Source of the DNA: an uncultured bacterium
Lineage (GTDB): Bacteria > Verrucomicrobiota > Verrucomicrobiia > Verrucomicrobiales > DEV007
NCBI GenBank assembly: GCA_963977015.1
Contig: CAXBMO010000008.1
Location: forward strand, 128,001 to 192,000
Reading direction: 5' to 3'
DNA length: 64,000 bases
Notes under the pieces: model-generated
The model's database searches: none
Seen by the model: only the letters and a program-made list of their open reading frames with translations
What the model was told of the DNA's origin: nothing
Shown here: positions 48,235-59,267 of the stretch, in pieces
Layout of the letters: each line of letters starts with the position of its first letter
Numbering within the stretch: the stretch's first letter is position 1
Program-made: the position numbers and the translations under genes

Positions 48235-50652
48235 CTACCGTTTCAGAAACGGAAAACGGGTCTTGGTACGAGGGCGTTCGCGCTTGTCTGAATTCAGTTT
48301 TTTGAGGTTCTCCGAACGCTCAAAATCGGCATCGAGCCGTTGCTCGGTGGGAACACCCGGATTGGGGAATTCCTCGGCTGCGTCAGCACCGACTTCGGTG
48401 CGGAGATCTTCGTCATAGCTGGCGCCCATCAATTCGTGATTGTCCATCACGACGACCGGTTGGATGAAGATCAGCAACTCCGTGCGGGTGAGATCGCGAT
48501 CGGTGTTCTTGAAGGCATGTCCAAGGACGGGAATGCGATTCACAAAAGGAAGGCCTTCGGTGCTTTTATTGTCGCTTTCCGTGATCAAGCCGCCGAGGAC
48601 GATGGTGTGGCGATCCGGAACCGTCAACGTGGTGGTCAGTTCTTCGGTACCAATGATGGGAACGCTGTTGTTCGCCACAATCTGTTGGCCAATGACGGTG
48701 TCGTTGATCTGGGCGATCTCGAGTGTGACTTCGCGATCGGCGTTGATGAGAGGAATGACTTCCAGCTTCAGGACCACATCCTCAAAGGCGATCGTCGTGT
48801 TGAGAGCCGCGTTGGCTGTTCCGGCGGTGGCATCCGTAATCGTGCTTTCCGGAACGGGGATGCGTTGACCGCTGGTGATGCTGGCGCGCTTGTTGTTCTG
48901 CACGCTGAGAACGGGGCGGGAAACGACTTTGAACTGGTTGCTCGTTTCGAGCGCGGAAATGAAGACGTCGAAGCTTCCGCCAAACGAGCCATAAAGGTTC
49001 AGCCCTTCTGATGGGCCAAATGCGTTGCTGATCAGGTTGCTGCGGACATCGGCAACGCTTCCGTTCGAGAGGATGTCATCCCGCTCGGTGATCAGGCTTG
49101 AGGCAAGACCGCCGGCGTTCAAATTGCCCGCGTTGAACGACTCAAACTGCTTCAGATAATCCACGCCAATATCCATGCCGTCACCAAGCGTGAGCTGGCC
49201 GATGACCATTGCCAGGTAAACCTGCGGAGGCTTGCGATCGAGGCGGTCAACCAGTTCATCGACCGTCTGCTTGGCTTCGTCCGAGCCAATCACGATGAGC
49301 ATGTTCGCCTGACGATCGGCAATCACCCGGGTTTTGCCAACCAACACGGAAATGGGGGCCGTTTCGTCGATGGGAAACGCGAGTCGATCCGCCTGGCCAC
49401 CTGTCGCGTCGGCCGCGTTTTGTTGTTGGAACCGCGTTTGTTGGGATTCGTTTTGGGTGCCGGTCAGCGCCTGAAGTTGAGACGAAGCGACCGGCGTTTG
49501 GCGGGTGTCGATCGTTCTTCCGCCGGGCAATTGCGTGGTGCCAGTTCCGGTGTCAGTCAAGATATCGACCACGACGGGAAGGATATCGATGACCTTGGCG
49601 TAGTTGAGGTGTTTCTCGAGTGGCGACTGATTGGGAAGCGGGCGATCGAATTCCTCGATCAAACTGAGGATGAATGCAAAGTCGAGCGGCGAGGCCTGGA
49701 CCATGATGCGGTTGAGGCGGTCATCTGCAATCAACTGGGCTGCGGGATCATTGGCGCTACCGATTCCAGCGGACTGATTTGCGTTTTGGTCCCGGTTCTG
49801 GTTTTGATTTCGGTTGTTATTATTGTTGTTGTTTTGCTGCTGCTGTTGTTGGCCGTTGATGGTGCGCCCCAATTCACTAAGCCGGGTTCGTTCTTCCTGG
49901 CGGGCATCCATCGCCGCCTGGATGATTTGGGCAACCGTATTGGAATCCGCGTAGATCAACTGGACGAACTGGGTCATGAGCCGGGCTTCATCCGGCGGAA
50001 CATCGATGATCTCCCGCAGCTTGGCCATCTTCCGAACCAACGCGGCGCTTTCCGTGATGAGGAGGCCCGGAGGCGACTCGACCGGAGTGATGCGCCCGTA
50101 GGGGTTGAGCTGAACGTGGTTCGACATGATCAGACCGGCGTCTTCGGGGCTGATGTGGTTCAGCTTCATGAAAAAGCCGATCAACGCCTCTCCGCCCGGC
50201 AATTCCATGGGATCGGTGAAGATGACTTCGCCATCGTTGAAGTTGTTCGCGGCCTCGCCCGCCCGGCCCAGCAACAGCTTGATCGACTTTTGGTCCGACT
50301 CGTGAATCACGACATAGCCATTGAGGATCAGTGCGGATTCGATCAACCGAATCGCCTCGTCATTCGGAACGGGCCGGGGTGTCACCAGACTGATCTGCGG
50401 GCCGTTGAAGACCGCGCTGTCTTTCATCACGACCTTGCCGGTTAGGCGCTCATAAACCGGCAGGATGTCGGTCACGGCATTGAGCGGGAACTGCAGCGTA
50501 ACGCCATCACCATCACCCCCGCCTCCTGGTCTTCCCATGCCGCCGCCGCGTCCTCCAGCCGGAGGAGTGTCGGTTGCCGCATCTTGGGCAGAAACTGGCA
50601 GGACCAGCCACAGGGCCAGCGCTCCAGCAATCCAGTAGGGGAAGGTTTTCAT
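48235..50652 (-). CDS. gspD: Type II secretion secretin
   Basis: N0/N-domains, D.R.N.I.V repeats, LD..PPQV, GQRIP, L.V.PLIN, GGLI, P.LG..FK, ELLIFIQP. Confidence 0.88.
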   Translation of the reverse strand: MKTFPYWIAGALALWLVLPVSAQDAATDTPPAGGRGGGMGRPGGGGDGDGVTLQFPLNAVTDILPVYERLTGKVVMKDSAVFNGPQISLVTPRPVPNDEAIRLIESALILNGYVVIHESDQKSIKLLLGRAGEAANNFNDGEVIFTDPMELPGGEALIGFFMKLNHISPEDAGLIMSNHVQLNPYGRITPVESPPGLLITESAALVRKMAKLREIIDVPPDEARLMTQFVQLIYADSNTVAQIIQAAMDARQEERTRLSELGRTINGQQQQQQNNNNNNNRNQNQNRDQNANQSAGIGSANDPAAQLIADDRLNRIMVQASPLDFAFILSLIEEFDRPLPNQSPLEKHLNYAKVIDILPVVVDILTDTGTGTTQLPGGRTIDTRQTPVASSQLQALTGTQNESQQTRFQQQNAADATGGQADRLAFPIDETAPISVLVGKTRVIADRQANMLIVIGSDEAKQTVDELVDRLDRKPPQVYLAMVIGQLTLGDGMDIGVDYLKQFESFNAGNLNAGGLASSLITERDDILSNGSVADVRSNLISNAFGPSEGLNLYGSFGGSFDVFISALETSNQFKVVSRPVLSVQNNKRASITSGQRIPVPESTITDATAGTANAALNTTIAFEDVVLKLEVIPLINADREVTLEIAQINDTVIGQQIVANNSVPIIGTEELTTTLTVPDRHTIVLGGLITESDNKSTEGLPFVNRIPVLGHAFKNTDRDLTRTELLIFIQPVVVMDNHELMGASYDEDLRTEVGADAAEEFPNPGVPTEQRLDADFERSENLKKLNSDKRERPRTKTRFPFLKR

Positions 50653-51512
50653 CAGTTCTGTTCGTTTTTCTCAATGAGTTGATCTGCCATCGCTCGAAAT
50701 TTTTCCCCCATCTGCTCGCGGGTCATGTCCGGGTTCTTTTCCCGCATCTCCCGCATCTTTGAGAAGAGCTTGTCGCGCTGTTCTTCGGACAGCTTGCTCA
50801 TTCGTTCCCGAATATCGGAGGGAGGGCCGCGACGCCGCTCACCGTCTCCGCGTCGTTCGCCCCGTCCATCGCCCCCGCTTCCGGCGGCAGGTTTTCCTTC
50901 ACCGGGTTTGAGCTGATTCTCGTCGAAGCGAATGGAAACGACCTCGCCGCCCGCCACGGAAATCCGCGCGGTGACTTTCTCCAGATCGGAGCGATCACCA
51001 TCCACCTCAATCATGCGCCAGCCCTGTGCATTGGCGTCTGAACCGACCACGTAACTCTCCTTTGATTTCTTATCGAGAATCGTCGCGATCGTTTCGTTCC
51101 CAATCTTGGCGATGCCAGTCAGAATCAGGGAATCGCTAAGATTGAGGGAGCGGGTAAAGGGGGAACTCGAGCGCAAAGCCTGGAAATCGTCATCCGTCAC
51201 CGGTTGAGGCATTCCGGGGAGCAGGGCGGCGGCAGAGGCGGGCTCTCGCCCCGGTTGTTCGGGTTCCGGAGCGGTTTCCGCTTTGGGCTCAGGCTTCGGT
51301 TCCGGTGGTGAATCGAGGGTGGGGGAGGGCGTGGAAGTGTCGTCCTCGATCCCGAAATCCAAGCCGTTGGCCAGCTCCATTGCCGCTGCATCGGCTTCTT
51401 CTTGGCTGACGATTTCGATCTCGCCGATTTCGACTTGAGACCAAGCGGGGAAGGCGCATGTCGCAAAAATGATCGAGCCAGCGAGCCAGGAGAGTTGTGT
51501 TGTAGGTTTCAT
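50652..51512 (-). CDS. Hypothetical exported protein in the T2SS cluster (possible GspC analogue)
   Basis: Signal peptide, Pro-rich linker, SPF...L.LTG pattern, charged helical tail; coupled to gspD. Confidence 0.6.
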   Translation of the reverse strand: MKPTTQLSWLAGSIIFATCAFPAWSQVEIGEIEIVSQEEADAAAMELANGLDFGIEDDTSTPSPTLDSPPEPKPEPKAETAPEPEQPGREPASAAALLPGMPQPVTDDDFQALRSSSPFTRSLNLSDSLILTGIAKIGNETIATILDKKSKESYVVGSDANAQGWRMIEVDGDRSDLEKVTARISVAGGEVVSIRFDENQLKPGEGKPAAGSGGDGRGERRGDGERRRGPPSDIRERMSKLSEEQRDKLFSKMREMREKNPDMTREQMGEKFRAMADQLIEKNEQN

Positions 51513-51541
51513 TTGAGGAAGAGGTTCAGGCACGGAATCAA

Positions 51542-52105
51542 TCAGGAATCCGCGTTCGCCGGTTTAAACCACCGCGCGACGGTTAGGTTGCATCGTGCCT
51601 GGGGCTCCTTCTCCCGCGACGCCGTGTCGAGGGAGAGTTCAAGGTTCTTGACGACGTAGAACGCTTCCGGTTTCTGCAAAGTGGTGAGCCACTCATTTAT
51701 GGCGGCGAGATCTCCCCGAACGATGATGTTGACCGAGACCTCCTGGTAAAACTCGGTCGACTGTGGCTCGAGGAGATTTTGGCGCTCCAACTGCAGTTTT
51801 CGTTCGAACGCTTCGTTCTGGAGTTTTTCCAGCAGTTGGCCCTGATCCTTGCCCGCGCTTTGCAGGATCGGCATGTTTTCGCTGATCCATTTTCCCCGTT
51901 CAATCGGGTCATCCCAGTTGCCCGTGCGCTCGGCGAGCCAGCTTTGCTGCTCAATTTCCTCCTGCTTCAATGTATCGAGCGTCGCTCCGCTCTTCCGCAG
52001 TCCAACCACGATTCGTTGCAGCCCAATCAGGTTCGCCATCACAAACAGTGTGCCCAGGCACAGGGTCAAAAGGAGTTTCTCTCGGGACGTCAGGGAGCGC
52101 ATCAT
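51542..52105 (-). CDS. GspM/PilO-like protein
   Basis: LTSREK.LL + TM, coiled coil, ferredoxin-like V.I..RG.L..I..WL..LQ. Confidence 0.75.
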   Translation of the reverse strand: MMRSLTSREKLLLTLCLGTLFVMANLIGLQRIVVGLRKSGATLDTLKQEEIEQQSWLAERTGNWDDPIERGKWISENMPILQSAGKDQGQLLEKLQNEAFERKLQLERQNLLEPQSTEFYQEVSVNIIVRGDLAAINEWLTTLQKPEAFYVVKNLELSLDTASREKEPQARCNLTVARWFKPANADS

Positions 52106-52688
52106 TCAACTGGGTTTGATGGCTAGACGCCTGGAACGCGACCCCGTTTCAGCGGAATGCGAGAATCGGGACGCAAGGTTGGTTCCTTCCAAGGCCCGAA
52201 GACACTCAGCCATGCCGTTGTCGGAAGTCCCGGCTTCTGTTGGGGAAGTTTTGGGGGCAAATGCATGGGTGCGAAGTGGCGTTGTTCTGGATGTATCGAG
52301 ACACAGAGAAGGTGGTCCGAATATTTTATCCAAGTACGGCGAGGGTTGTTGTTATCATGTTAGGATAGAGTTGTTTATATCGTTCTCTCCAACACCATCC
52401 CTACCGTGGCAGAACGTAATCAACTTTGCTTTCAATTCAAAGGATTAAAAGGTTGCCCCTGGGTCGGCAACGTCATCGAGCGGGCTCAACGCGAATGCGA
52501 TGCGATGGGACTGATGCGGCGCCTCTGCTCAGGCTATCTCTTGTGCCCCATGGAAAATCCGGGCGAACCTTGCAATTATACAATTAAGGTAAAGTTAACT
52601 GTATAGAAAAAGTAATATATTAGCTGTGGCAGGTATTCAGGTGAGTGAGCGCGGATGGTCCCCATCCCGCAACCGGCAACGGCCCCTG

Positions 52689-53918
52689 TTACTGACCTGC
52701 CGCAAACTTCCCTTCGAGCCGAAAGGAGGCGGTGTTGTTCTGGCTGTTGACCTGGGGTGGCGCCATGTCCCAGGCGTAGCCGCGAAAGTCGTCACTCTTT
52801 TCCAGGTCTTCCTTGAGCTGGTAGACGAGTTGGGAATCGCGGGCGAGTCCTTCCAATCTCAGGTTTTGCTCCTGGGTGATGAATTTGAGGAAGACGATTC
52901 CACTGGGCGGCATCAGGGAGGTTACCTGATTGAGTTGGCGCAGCGGGTAAAACCGTTTTTCGATCGCGGGAGCCAGGATTCGGGCGCGGGTCATGGACTG
53001 GCGGATGAACTCCGCTTCCGGGCGACGGTCTGAAATGCGCGCTTCCATGGTGATGGCGCGTTCGTTGCGATCGTGGAAGAGGATGGTCAATCCCACGGCA
53101 ATCGTGACATACAGAGCGGTGAGGGCGAGAATGCCGGTCCGGATTTTCTGAATGCGTTGCTTGCGGTGGCGCGCAGCCTGGACCGGCAGGGGCAGCATGG
53201 GACTGGAAGCTTCACTGGCAAAGGTGGCTTCGGGATTCGGGCGGGGGCGAACTTCGACGGGAACCGTAAGAGAGCTGGTGAGCAGGGTTTTGGCCTCCGG
53301 CGAGACTTCACTCCAGATTTCCAACGTCACCCGTTCGGAGAGCTGGCCCGCACCCTGTAGACTGAGGATCGCCAGGTTGAGTTCTTGAGCCAAAGCTGGG
53401 TTGAACTCCGAGCCGGCGGTCAAAATCTGGCTGTAGGTCATCTTGCCGTGCTTGCCGGCGAGAAGAATCAGACGCCCATGTTCGCGCAGGACGGCGGCGG
53501 TGTGGTCCGGGATATGAAAGAGCCGTCCCGAGGGAGTGTAGGCCACTGCTTGGTGAAGGCACAGGTCCTCGCTGAAGTCAGAGGGCAGGACGTCGACACT
53601 GATCAGGCTGCCCGTGCGCTCGCGCTCGACAACGTGATACGCGGAAACCGTTTCCAGGCCACCGTGGGCGGCCAAACCTCGTTTCTCAACTTGCGCCTGC
53701 ACCATGTCCCCGAAAAGTGCCTGGTCCGTCGTGGGGACGGTTACGGAAAAGGAAGTGCATTCCTGGGCCGGCAATCCAACGATCACGCCTTTGCCATCAG
53801 CCGGGACTTCATCGAGCATCTCCACGGTCTTTACCCGTTTCGGGGTGCGGCCTGAAAGCGCCCAAATGTCCCAGCCGCGTTCTTCGGTTGGCATGATGAT
53901 GGTGGTTGGGGATTTCAA
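52689..53918 (-). CDS. GspL/PilN-like protein
   Basis: Cytoplasmic actin-like N-part, LP motif then basic stretch and single TM, periplasmic MPPSGI....L.LEG.A domain. Confidence 0.72.
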   Translation of the reverse strand: MKSPTTIIMPTEERGWDIWALSGRTPKRVKTVEMLDEVPADGKGVIVGLPAQECTSFSVTVPTTDQALFGDMVQAQVEKRGLAAHGGLETVSAYHVVERERTGSLISVDVLPSDFSEDLCLHQAVAYTPSGRLFHIPDHTAAVLREHGRLILLAGKHGKMTYSQILTAGSEFNPALAQELNLAILSLQGAGQLSERVTLEIWSEVSPEAKTLLTSSLTVPVEVRPRPNPEATFASEASSPMLPLPVQAARHRKQRIQKIRTGILALTALYVTIAVGLTILFHDRNERAITMEARISDRRPEAEFIRQSMTRARILAPAIEKRFYPLRQLNQVTSLMPPSGIVFLKFITQEQNLRLEGLARDSQLVYQLKEDLEKSDDFRGYAWDMAPPQVNSQNNTASFRLEGKFAAGQ

Positions 53919-54309
53919 AGGATACGGAAAGTGGGAAAAGTGGAGGTGTCGGTTCGGCGGTGCGGAGATGACAGATTGAAGGGTGGGGGAATTTGCGATT
54001 CAACCCGGTTGATGACGAAAGGATTCGAGGCCCGTCACCAAAAGTTTCATTTTGTTGAAAACCGCACTTCCGCCCCAAATTTACTAAAGGTTTGGCAAAA
54101 GCATAACGGTAACGAGAAAACTGCGGGTTGACCCCCGAAGAATTGTCTCAGCAAAGATTTGACAATGAGGTGGGCGTTTGCAGGTTGTGAGTCCGCGGTG
54201 GTGCCCGTTTCGTCTGGAATTTTCCAGATTTTTCAGAGTCCTCGTGAGGCCCGATTTCAGTGATTCGAATCGGGTTTCGGAAATCCTAAAATTTTTACCG
54301 CATTAGCGG

Positions 54310-54345
54310 TTGCGTGTTTTGGATTCGCCGCTAATATGCCCGCCC
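54310..54345 (+). promoter_or_regulatory. Candidate promoter of the str/S10 operon
   Basis: TTGCGT (54310-54315), 16 bp, TAATAT (54332-54337), then GC-rich discriminator gcccgccc. Confidence 0.4.
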
Positions 54346-54405
54346 TTCCCGAAACGGGAACGGAGAAACCGGGCTGATCACCCACTTAATTAGAGCGTAT
54401 TTGTT

Positions 54406-54783
54406 ATGCCTACAATCAACCAACTCGTCAGAAAAGGTCGTCACGACAAAGTCCGGAAGAATAAAGCTCCGGCTCTTGCCTCTTGCCCACAGCGCCGCGG
54501 CGTTTGCCTGCAGGTGATGACCCGAACTCCGAAGAAGCCTAACTCTGCCTTGCGGAAAGTGGCCAAAGTTCGTCTGACGAATGGTGAAGAGGTGATCGCT
54601 TACATTGGTGGTGAAGGTCACAATCTCCAGGAGCACTCCATTGTGCTGGTTCGCGGAGGTCGAGTAAAGGATTTGCCGGGCGTTCGATATCATATCGTTC
54701 GCGGAGCTTTGGACTGCCTTGGTGTTGAGAAGCGCCGGCAGGGAAGATCGAAATACGGTGCCAAACGACCGAAGGAGAAGTAA
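54406..54783 (+). CDS. rpsL: 30S ribosomal protein S12
   Basis: [29 protein letters not shown]. Confidence 0.99.
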   Translation: MPTINQLVRKGRHDKVRKNKAPALASCPQRRGVCLQVMTRTPKKPNSALRKVAKVRLTNGEEVIAYIGGEGHNLQEHSIVLVRGGRVKDLPGVRYHIVRGALDCLGVEKRRQGRSKYGAKRPKEK

Positions 54784-54879
54784 TTCCTAGGTTTCAAAGC
54801 TGAGCCAAGCGGTTCGGCCCCGATTCCCAGGTTTTCTCCGCGATACGAAAGTTTAAGTCTTTTGAACTGAAATTATCCT

Positions 54880-55353
54880 ATGTCACGAAGAAAACGAGTT
54901 TACGCGAAGCCGAAGCTTTCGGATCCGCGCTACGAAAGTCCCCTGGTTGCCAAGTTGGTCAACCGGGTCATGCAGGATGGCAAAAAGGCCTTGGCCGAGC
55001 GCATTGTCTATGCCGCCATCGATCGCGTGAATAAAGGAACCGAGACGGTTGATCCGTTGGAGGCTGTCAATCGTGCGATTGAAAACGCCAAGCCGCGGGT
55101 CGAGGTGAAAAGTCGCCGAGTTGGTGGTGCCACCTACCAGGTTCCTCTCGAAGTTTCCATTGATCGCCAGGAATCTCTCGCCATGCGATGGATCATTGCT
55201 GCAGCCCGCAAGCGTCGCGGAACGCCAATGCATATCGCTCTCGCTAATGAGATCCGCGATGCCTCGGTCAATACCGGGGCGGTTATCCGCAAGCGGGATG
55301 AGACCCACAAGATGGCTCAGGCAAACCGCGCGTTCGCTCACTTCCGTTGGTAA
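54880..55353 (+). CDS. rpsG: 30S ribosomal protein S7
   Basis: EVKSRRVGGATYQVP, HKMAQANRAFAHFRW. Confidence 0.98.
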   Translation: MSRRKRVYAKPKLSDPRYESPLVAKLVNRVMQDGKKALAERIVYAAIDRVNKGTETVDPLEAVNRAIENAKPRVEVKSRRVGGATYQVPLEVSIDRQESLAMRWIIAAARKRRGTPMHIALANEIRDASVNTGAVIRKRDETHKMAQANRAFAHFRW

Positions 55354-55391
55354 CTCTTTTTGTTGTTTAACCCTGTTAATCTTTCCCTCTG

Positions 55392-57575
55392 TTGAGCACT
55401 GTTGTCACAGCACCCCAGGCTGATAGCCCCAACCACCCTGATCGGAAGCATCCGATCGAGGAGTTGCGGAATATCGGGATTGCTGCGCACATCGATGCCG
55501 GAAAGACGACGCTCACGGAGCGTATTCTTTTCTACACGGGGATGATTCACAAGATCGGTGAGGTGCACGATGGTGCGGCGACGACCGATTGGATGATTCA
55601 GGAGAGAGAGCGGGGGATTACGATTACGGCGGCGGCGGTGAGTTGTGAGTGGAAGCAGTTGCCGCAGGATGGTGTCGTCAAGCTTTGGGAGAATAAACCC
55701 TTCCAGGTCAATATTATCGACACTCCCGGTCATGTGGATTTCACGGCTGAAGTAGAGCGGTCATTGCGCGTTTTGGATGGTGCAGTGGCCGTTTTTTGTG
55801 GGGTCGCGGGAGTTCAGCCGCAAAGTGAGACGGTTTGGCGTCAGGCGGATCGATATAGTGTTCCTCGAATCGCGTTCGTGAACAAGATGGACCGGGTTGG
55901 GGCTGATTTCGACAATGTTGTCGCCGAGATTCGCGAGAAGCTGGGAGGCAATGCCTGCCCGATCTTGATTCCCATTGGATGCGAAGAGGATCTTCGAGGT
56001 CAATACGATGTCCTGAACAGGAATGCGATTCTTTACACCGAGAATGATGTTTTCGGTTCGACGTTTTCGGTCGCTGAAATTCCGGCGGAAGATCAGGCAA
56101 AAGTGGAGGAGGCGTTCGAGTATCTCCAAGCGCAGCTTGTGGATCTGGATGAGGAGATCGGGATGAAGTATCTCGAAGAAGAGGAGATTACCGTCGAGGA
56201 TTTGAAACGTGCGCTGCGGCGCCAGACGATCGCAGGGAAGATTGTTCCTGTTGTTGGCGGTTCCGCGTTCAAGAACAAAGGGGTTCAGGCGCTGCTGGAT
56301 GCGGTGATCGATTATTTGCCGAATCCGCTCGATGTTCTGCCGGCCGAGGGTCACGAACCTGGTAATTCTGAAAAGATCGTTAAGACCAAGGCGAGTGATC
56401 ATTCAAAGGCTTGCTGTCTCGCGTTCAAGATTGCGAACGATCAGCACGTGAAGAAGTTGGTCTTTTTCCGGGTTTATTCCGGCGTTGTGAAGAAGGGGGA
56501 TACGCTCTTCAATCCTCGCACTGGGAAGCAGAGTCGCATTGGTCGCATCATTAAGCTTCAGGCCAATGACCGCGCTGAGGTTGACAGGGTTTATGCGGGC
56601 GATATTGCGGCCTTTGCGGGTCTGAAATTGACGGCGACCGGGGATACGCTGGCGGAGCCGGGTTTCAAGATTCAGTTGGAGCCACCGACCTTTCCGGAGC
56701 CGGTTTTGTCCATGTCGATTGAGCCCAAGTCGACCGCGGATCAGGACAAGCTGAGCGATGTCCTTCAACAGCTTTCCGAAGAGGATCCGACTTTCAAGGT
56801 CACGATCAACGAAGAGACCGGGCAGCGAATCATTGCCGGAATGGGTGAGTTGCATCTCGAGATCCTGTGCGATCGGATGAAGCGCGAATACGGTGTGGGA
56901 ACAAATGCGGGTAAGCCGCGGATCGCCTACCGCGAAACGATTCGTTCCGAAGGCCGGGGTGAAGGGAAATTTATCCAGGAAGCGGGCGGTCATGCTCACT
57001 ATGGTCATGTCCAGGTTGCGCTTCGTCCTGTTAAGCGAGGGGAAGGGAACTCCAAGGAGAATAAAATCTCTGATGGTTCGATTCCTGCCGAATTTATTGA
57101 GCCCGCCCTGGAGGGGATCGGCGAGTCCTTTATCAATGGAGTGTTGGCCAGCTATCCTGTGGTGGATGTGCACGTGGACTTGGTCGGTGGGTCTGCTGAC
57201 GACTCCGACTCGAATGAAGCCGACTTCCGGATTGCTGCGATTTACGCCATGAAAGAGGCGATGATTGCAGCGGATCCCATCCTGCTCGAGCCGATCATGG
57301 CCGTCGAAGTTACGACGCCTGACGAACATCAGGGGGAGATTATCGGGGATTTGAATCGCCGTCGCGGCCAGGTTGATGCCATCGAGCCGCGCAACAAGGT
57401 CACGGTCATCAAGGCCAGCGTTCCTCTGGCGACGATGGTGGACAATTATTCGACAGCGGTTCGCACGCTTTCAAGCGGTCGCGCGGACTACAGCATGCAG
57501 CCTTCACATTTTGAAGAAGTTCCTCCCAATATCGCTGCAGAGATCAGCGAGCTTCGTGGTGGAGGTGGATTTTAA
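55392..57575 (+). CDS. fusA: Elongation factor G (divergent domain IV/V)
   Basis: [39 protein letters not shown]; str-operon position. Confidence 0.95.
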   Translation: MSTVVTAPQADSPNHPDRKHPIEELRNIGIAAHIDAGKTTLTERILFYTGMIHKIGEVHDGAATTDWMIQERERGITITAAAVSCEWKQLPQDGVVKLWENKPFQVNIIDTPGHVDFTAEVERSLRVLDGAVAVFCGVAGVQPQSETVWRQADRYSVPRIAFVNKMDRVGADFDNVVAEIREKLGGNACPILIPIGCEEDLRGQYDVLNRNAILYTENDVFGSTFSVAEIPAEDQAKVEEAFEYLQAQLVDLDEEIGMKYLEEEEITVEDLKRALRRQTIAGKIVPVVGGSAFKNKGVQALLDAVIDYLPNPLDVLPAEGHEPGNSEKIVKTKASDHSKACCLAFKIANDQHVKKLVFFRVYSGVVKKGDTLFNPRTGKQSRIGRIIKLQANDRAEVDRVYAGDIAAFAGLKLTATGDTLAEPGFKIQLEPPTFPEPVLSMSIEPKSTADQDKLSDVLQQLSEEDPTFKVTINEETGQRIIAGMGELHLEILCDRMKREYGVGTNAGKPRIAYRETIRSEGRGEGKFIQEAGGHAHYGHVQVALRPVKRGEGNSKENKISDGSIPAEFIEPALEGIGESFINGVLASYPVVDVHVDLVGGSADDSDSNEADFRIAAIYAMKEAMIAADPILLEPIMAVEVTTPDEHQGEIIGDLNRRRGQVDAIEPRNKVTVIKASVPLATMVDNYSTAVRTLSSGRADYSMQPSHFEEVPPNIAAEISELRGGGGF

Positions 57576-57611
57576 TTTTTTTGAGATTTCGAACTTTAGA
57601 ACAAAGACAAG

Positions 57612-57920
57612 ATGGACAACCAACGCATCAGAATCCGGCTCAGAGCCTACGATCATCGCATTCTCGACAAGAGTGCGGGAGACATCGTTGAAACCGCCAA
57701 GCGCACGGGCGCCAAAGTAGCTGGCCCGATTCCGCTGCCGACTCGCGTCGAGAAGTTCAGCGTCAACCGCTCCGTTCACGTGAACAAGAAAAGTGCGGAC
57801 CAATTCGAAATGCGAACCCACAAGCGTTTGCTCGATATCGTCGATCCCACAGCACGCACCGTTGATGAGCTGAAGAAGCTCAATCTCCCAGCTGGTGTCG
57901 ACATCACCATCAAAATTTAG
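57612..57920 (+). CDS. rpsJ: 30S ribosomal protein S10
   Basis: [24 protein letters not shown]. Confidence 0.99.
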   Translation: MDNQRIRIRLRAYDHRILDKSAGDIVETAKRTGAKVAGPIPLPTRVEKFSVNRSVHVNKKSADQFEMRTHKRLLDIVDPTARTVDELKKLNLPAGVDITIKI

Positions 57921-57953
57921 ATTGTTTAAACCCTCGAACCCGAACGCGTAATT

Positions 57954-58625
57954 ATGAGCATCGGATTAATTGGCAAAAAGGTCGGTATGACACGTGTCTT
58001 CGATGACGAAGGCAATGCCATCCCTGTGACCGTCGTTGACGTCAGCGATAACGAATTTCTCCAGGTTAAAACCAAGGACAAGGACGGCTATTCAGCCATC
58101 CAGGTGGGTTTTGGCGAACAGAAAGAGCAGCGTCTGAACAACCCCGAAAAGGGCCACTTCAAGAAATACCAGGGATCGCCGAAAAAGCGGATCATGGAGT
58201 TTCGCGTCGATAGTGATGACGAGCTGCCGAAGGCGGCTGAGGATGGCGGTAAAATTGATCACGCCGGTGTCGAGACTTTCGAGGCTGGACAGTGGGTTGA
58301 TGTGATTGGAACTTCCAAGGGCAAAGGCTTCCAAGGGGTTTACAAGCGCTACAACTTCGGTGGTTCCCCTGCCTCTCACGGCTGTATGATGCATCGCCGT
58401 CCCGGTGGTATCGGTTGTGGAACGGATCCAGGCCGCGTTTGGAAGAACAAGGAGATGCCTGGTCGTCACGGTAACTACAAGAAGACGATCCAGAATTTGA
58501 AAGTGGTCCAGACCCGCCCTGAGGACAAAGTGATCCTCATCAGTGGTGCGGTCCCGGGCGCGAAGGGTGGATACTTGGTGATTCGCCCGGCAATCAAGAA
58601 ACCTCTTCCCGAAAAGAAAGGCTAA
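57954..58625 (+). CDS. rplC: 50S ribosomal protein L3
   Basis: GKKVGMT, DGYSAIQ, SKGKGFQG. Confidence 0.98.
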   Translation: MSIGLIGKKVGMTRVFDDEGNAIPVTVVDVSDNEFLQVKTKDKDGYSAIQVGFGEQKEQRLNNPEKGHFKKYQGSPKKRIMEFRVDSDDELPKAAEDGGKIDHAGVETFEAGQWVDVIGTSKGKGFQGVYKRYNFGGSPASHGCMMHRRPGGIGCGTDPGRVWKNKEMPGRHGNYKKTIQNLKVVQTRPEDKVILISGAVPGAKGGYLVIRPAIKKPLPEKKG

Positions 58626-58628
58626 CCC

Positions 58629-59264
58629 ATGGCTAACGATTTCCAAATTTCAGACGCCCAAAAGGCGAATATCGTGACGATCGAGGATGATCGCGGCAAC
58701 CAGGCCGTTCATGACCTCATCACCGCTTATCGTGCCAATCGGCGCAGTGGCACGGCTCACACCAAAACGCGTGGTGAAGTCAGTGCGACGGGTAAGAAGC
58801 CATTCCGCCAGAAAGGAACCGGTCGTGCACGTCAGGGTGGTAACGCCTCTCCCATCCATCGTGGTGGTGGAATCGTTTTCGGTCCCCGCAACACGAAAGA
58901 CTATTCTAAGACTGTCCCGAAAGGTGTTCGCAAGCTTGCCTTTGCCAAGGCGCTTACGGAGCGGATCAAGGATGGCGACGTTCTTCTCGTCGATAGCATT
59001 ACGGTGAGTAGCGGGAAGACGAAGGACTTCGTTGCTGAAATCAAGAAGCAGGTGGAAGCCCGCAAGACCTTGATTGTCGGTAAGTTTGACGAAGCCACCT
59101 TCCGTTCGGCTCGCAATGTGCAGAACGTTCTGCTGATGTCCGCCGAAGAATTGAATGTCGAGCATCTTCTCTACCACGACAAGATCGTGCTGACGAAGGG
59201 CTCGCTCGAGGTCCTCGCTCGCCGCACTCAGGGAGTCCATTCGAAGAAAGAAGTTACTGCCTAA
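58629..59264 (+). CDS. rplD: 50S ribosomal protein L4
   Basis: TKTRGEV, KPFRQKGTGRARQG, GGG.VFGP. Confidence 0.98.
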   Translation: MANDFQISDAQKANIVTIEDDRGNQAVHDLITAYRANRRSGTAHTKTRGEVSATGKKPFRQKGTGRARQGGNASPIHRGGGIVFGPRNTKDYSKTVPKGVRKLAFAKALTERIKDGDVLLVDSITVSSGKTKDFVAEIKKQVEARKTLIVGKFDEATFRSARNVQNVLLMSAEELNVEHLLYHDKIVLTKGSLEVLARRTQGVHSKKEVTA

Positions 59265-59267
59265 GCC

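Noticed and set aside
49795-49855. Gln/Asn-rich low-complexity tract in gspD
   Set aside because: Disordered inserts in secretin N3 domains are common.
52140-52235. c-di-GMP-I riboswitch (gggacgcaa motif)
   Set aside because: Lacks the upstream GGCAAA/GNRA elements and is on the strand opposite to the flanking genes.
57576-57611. Missing tuf between fusA and rpsJ
   Set aside because: As far as I recall this is the usual arrangement in Verrucomicrobia/Chlamydiae, so it is not novel.
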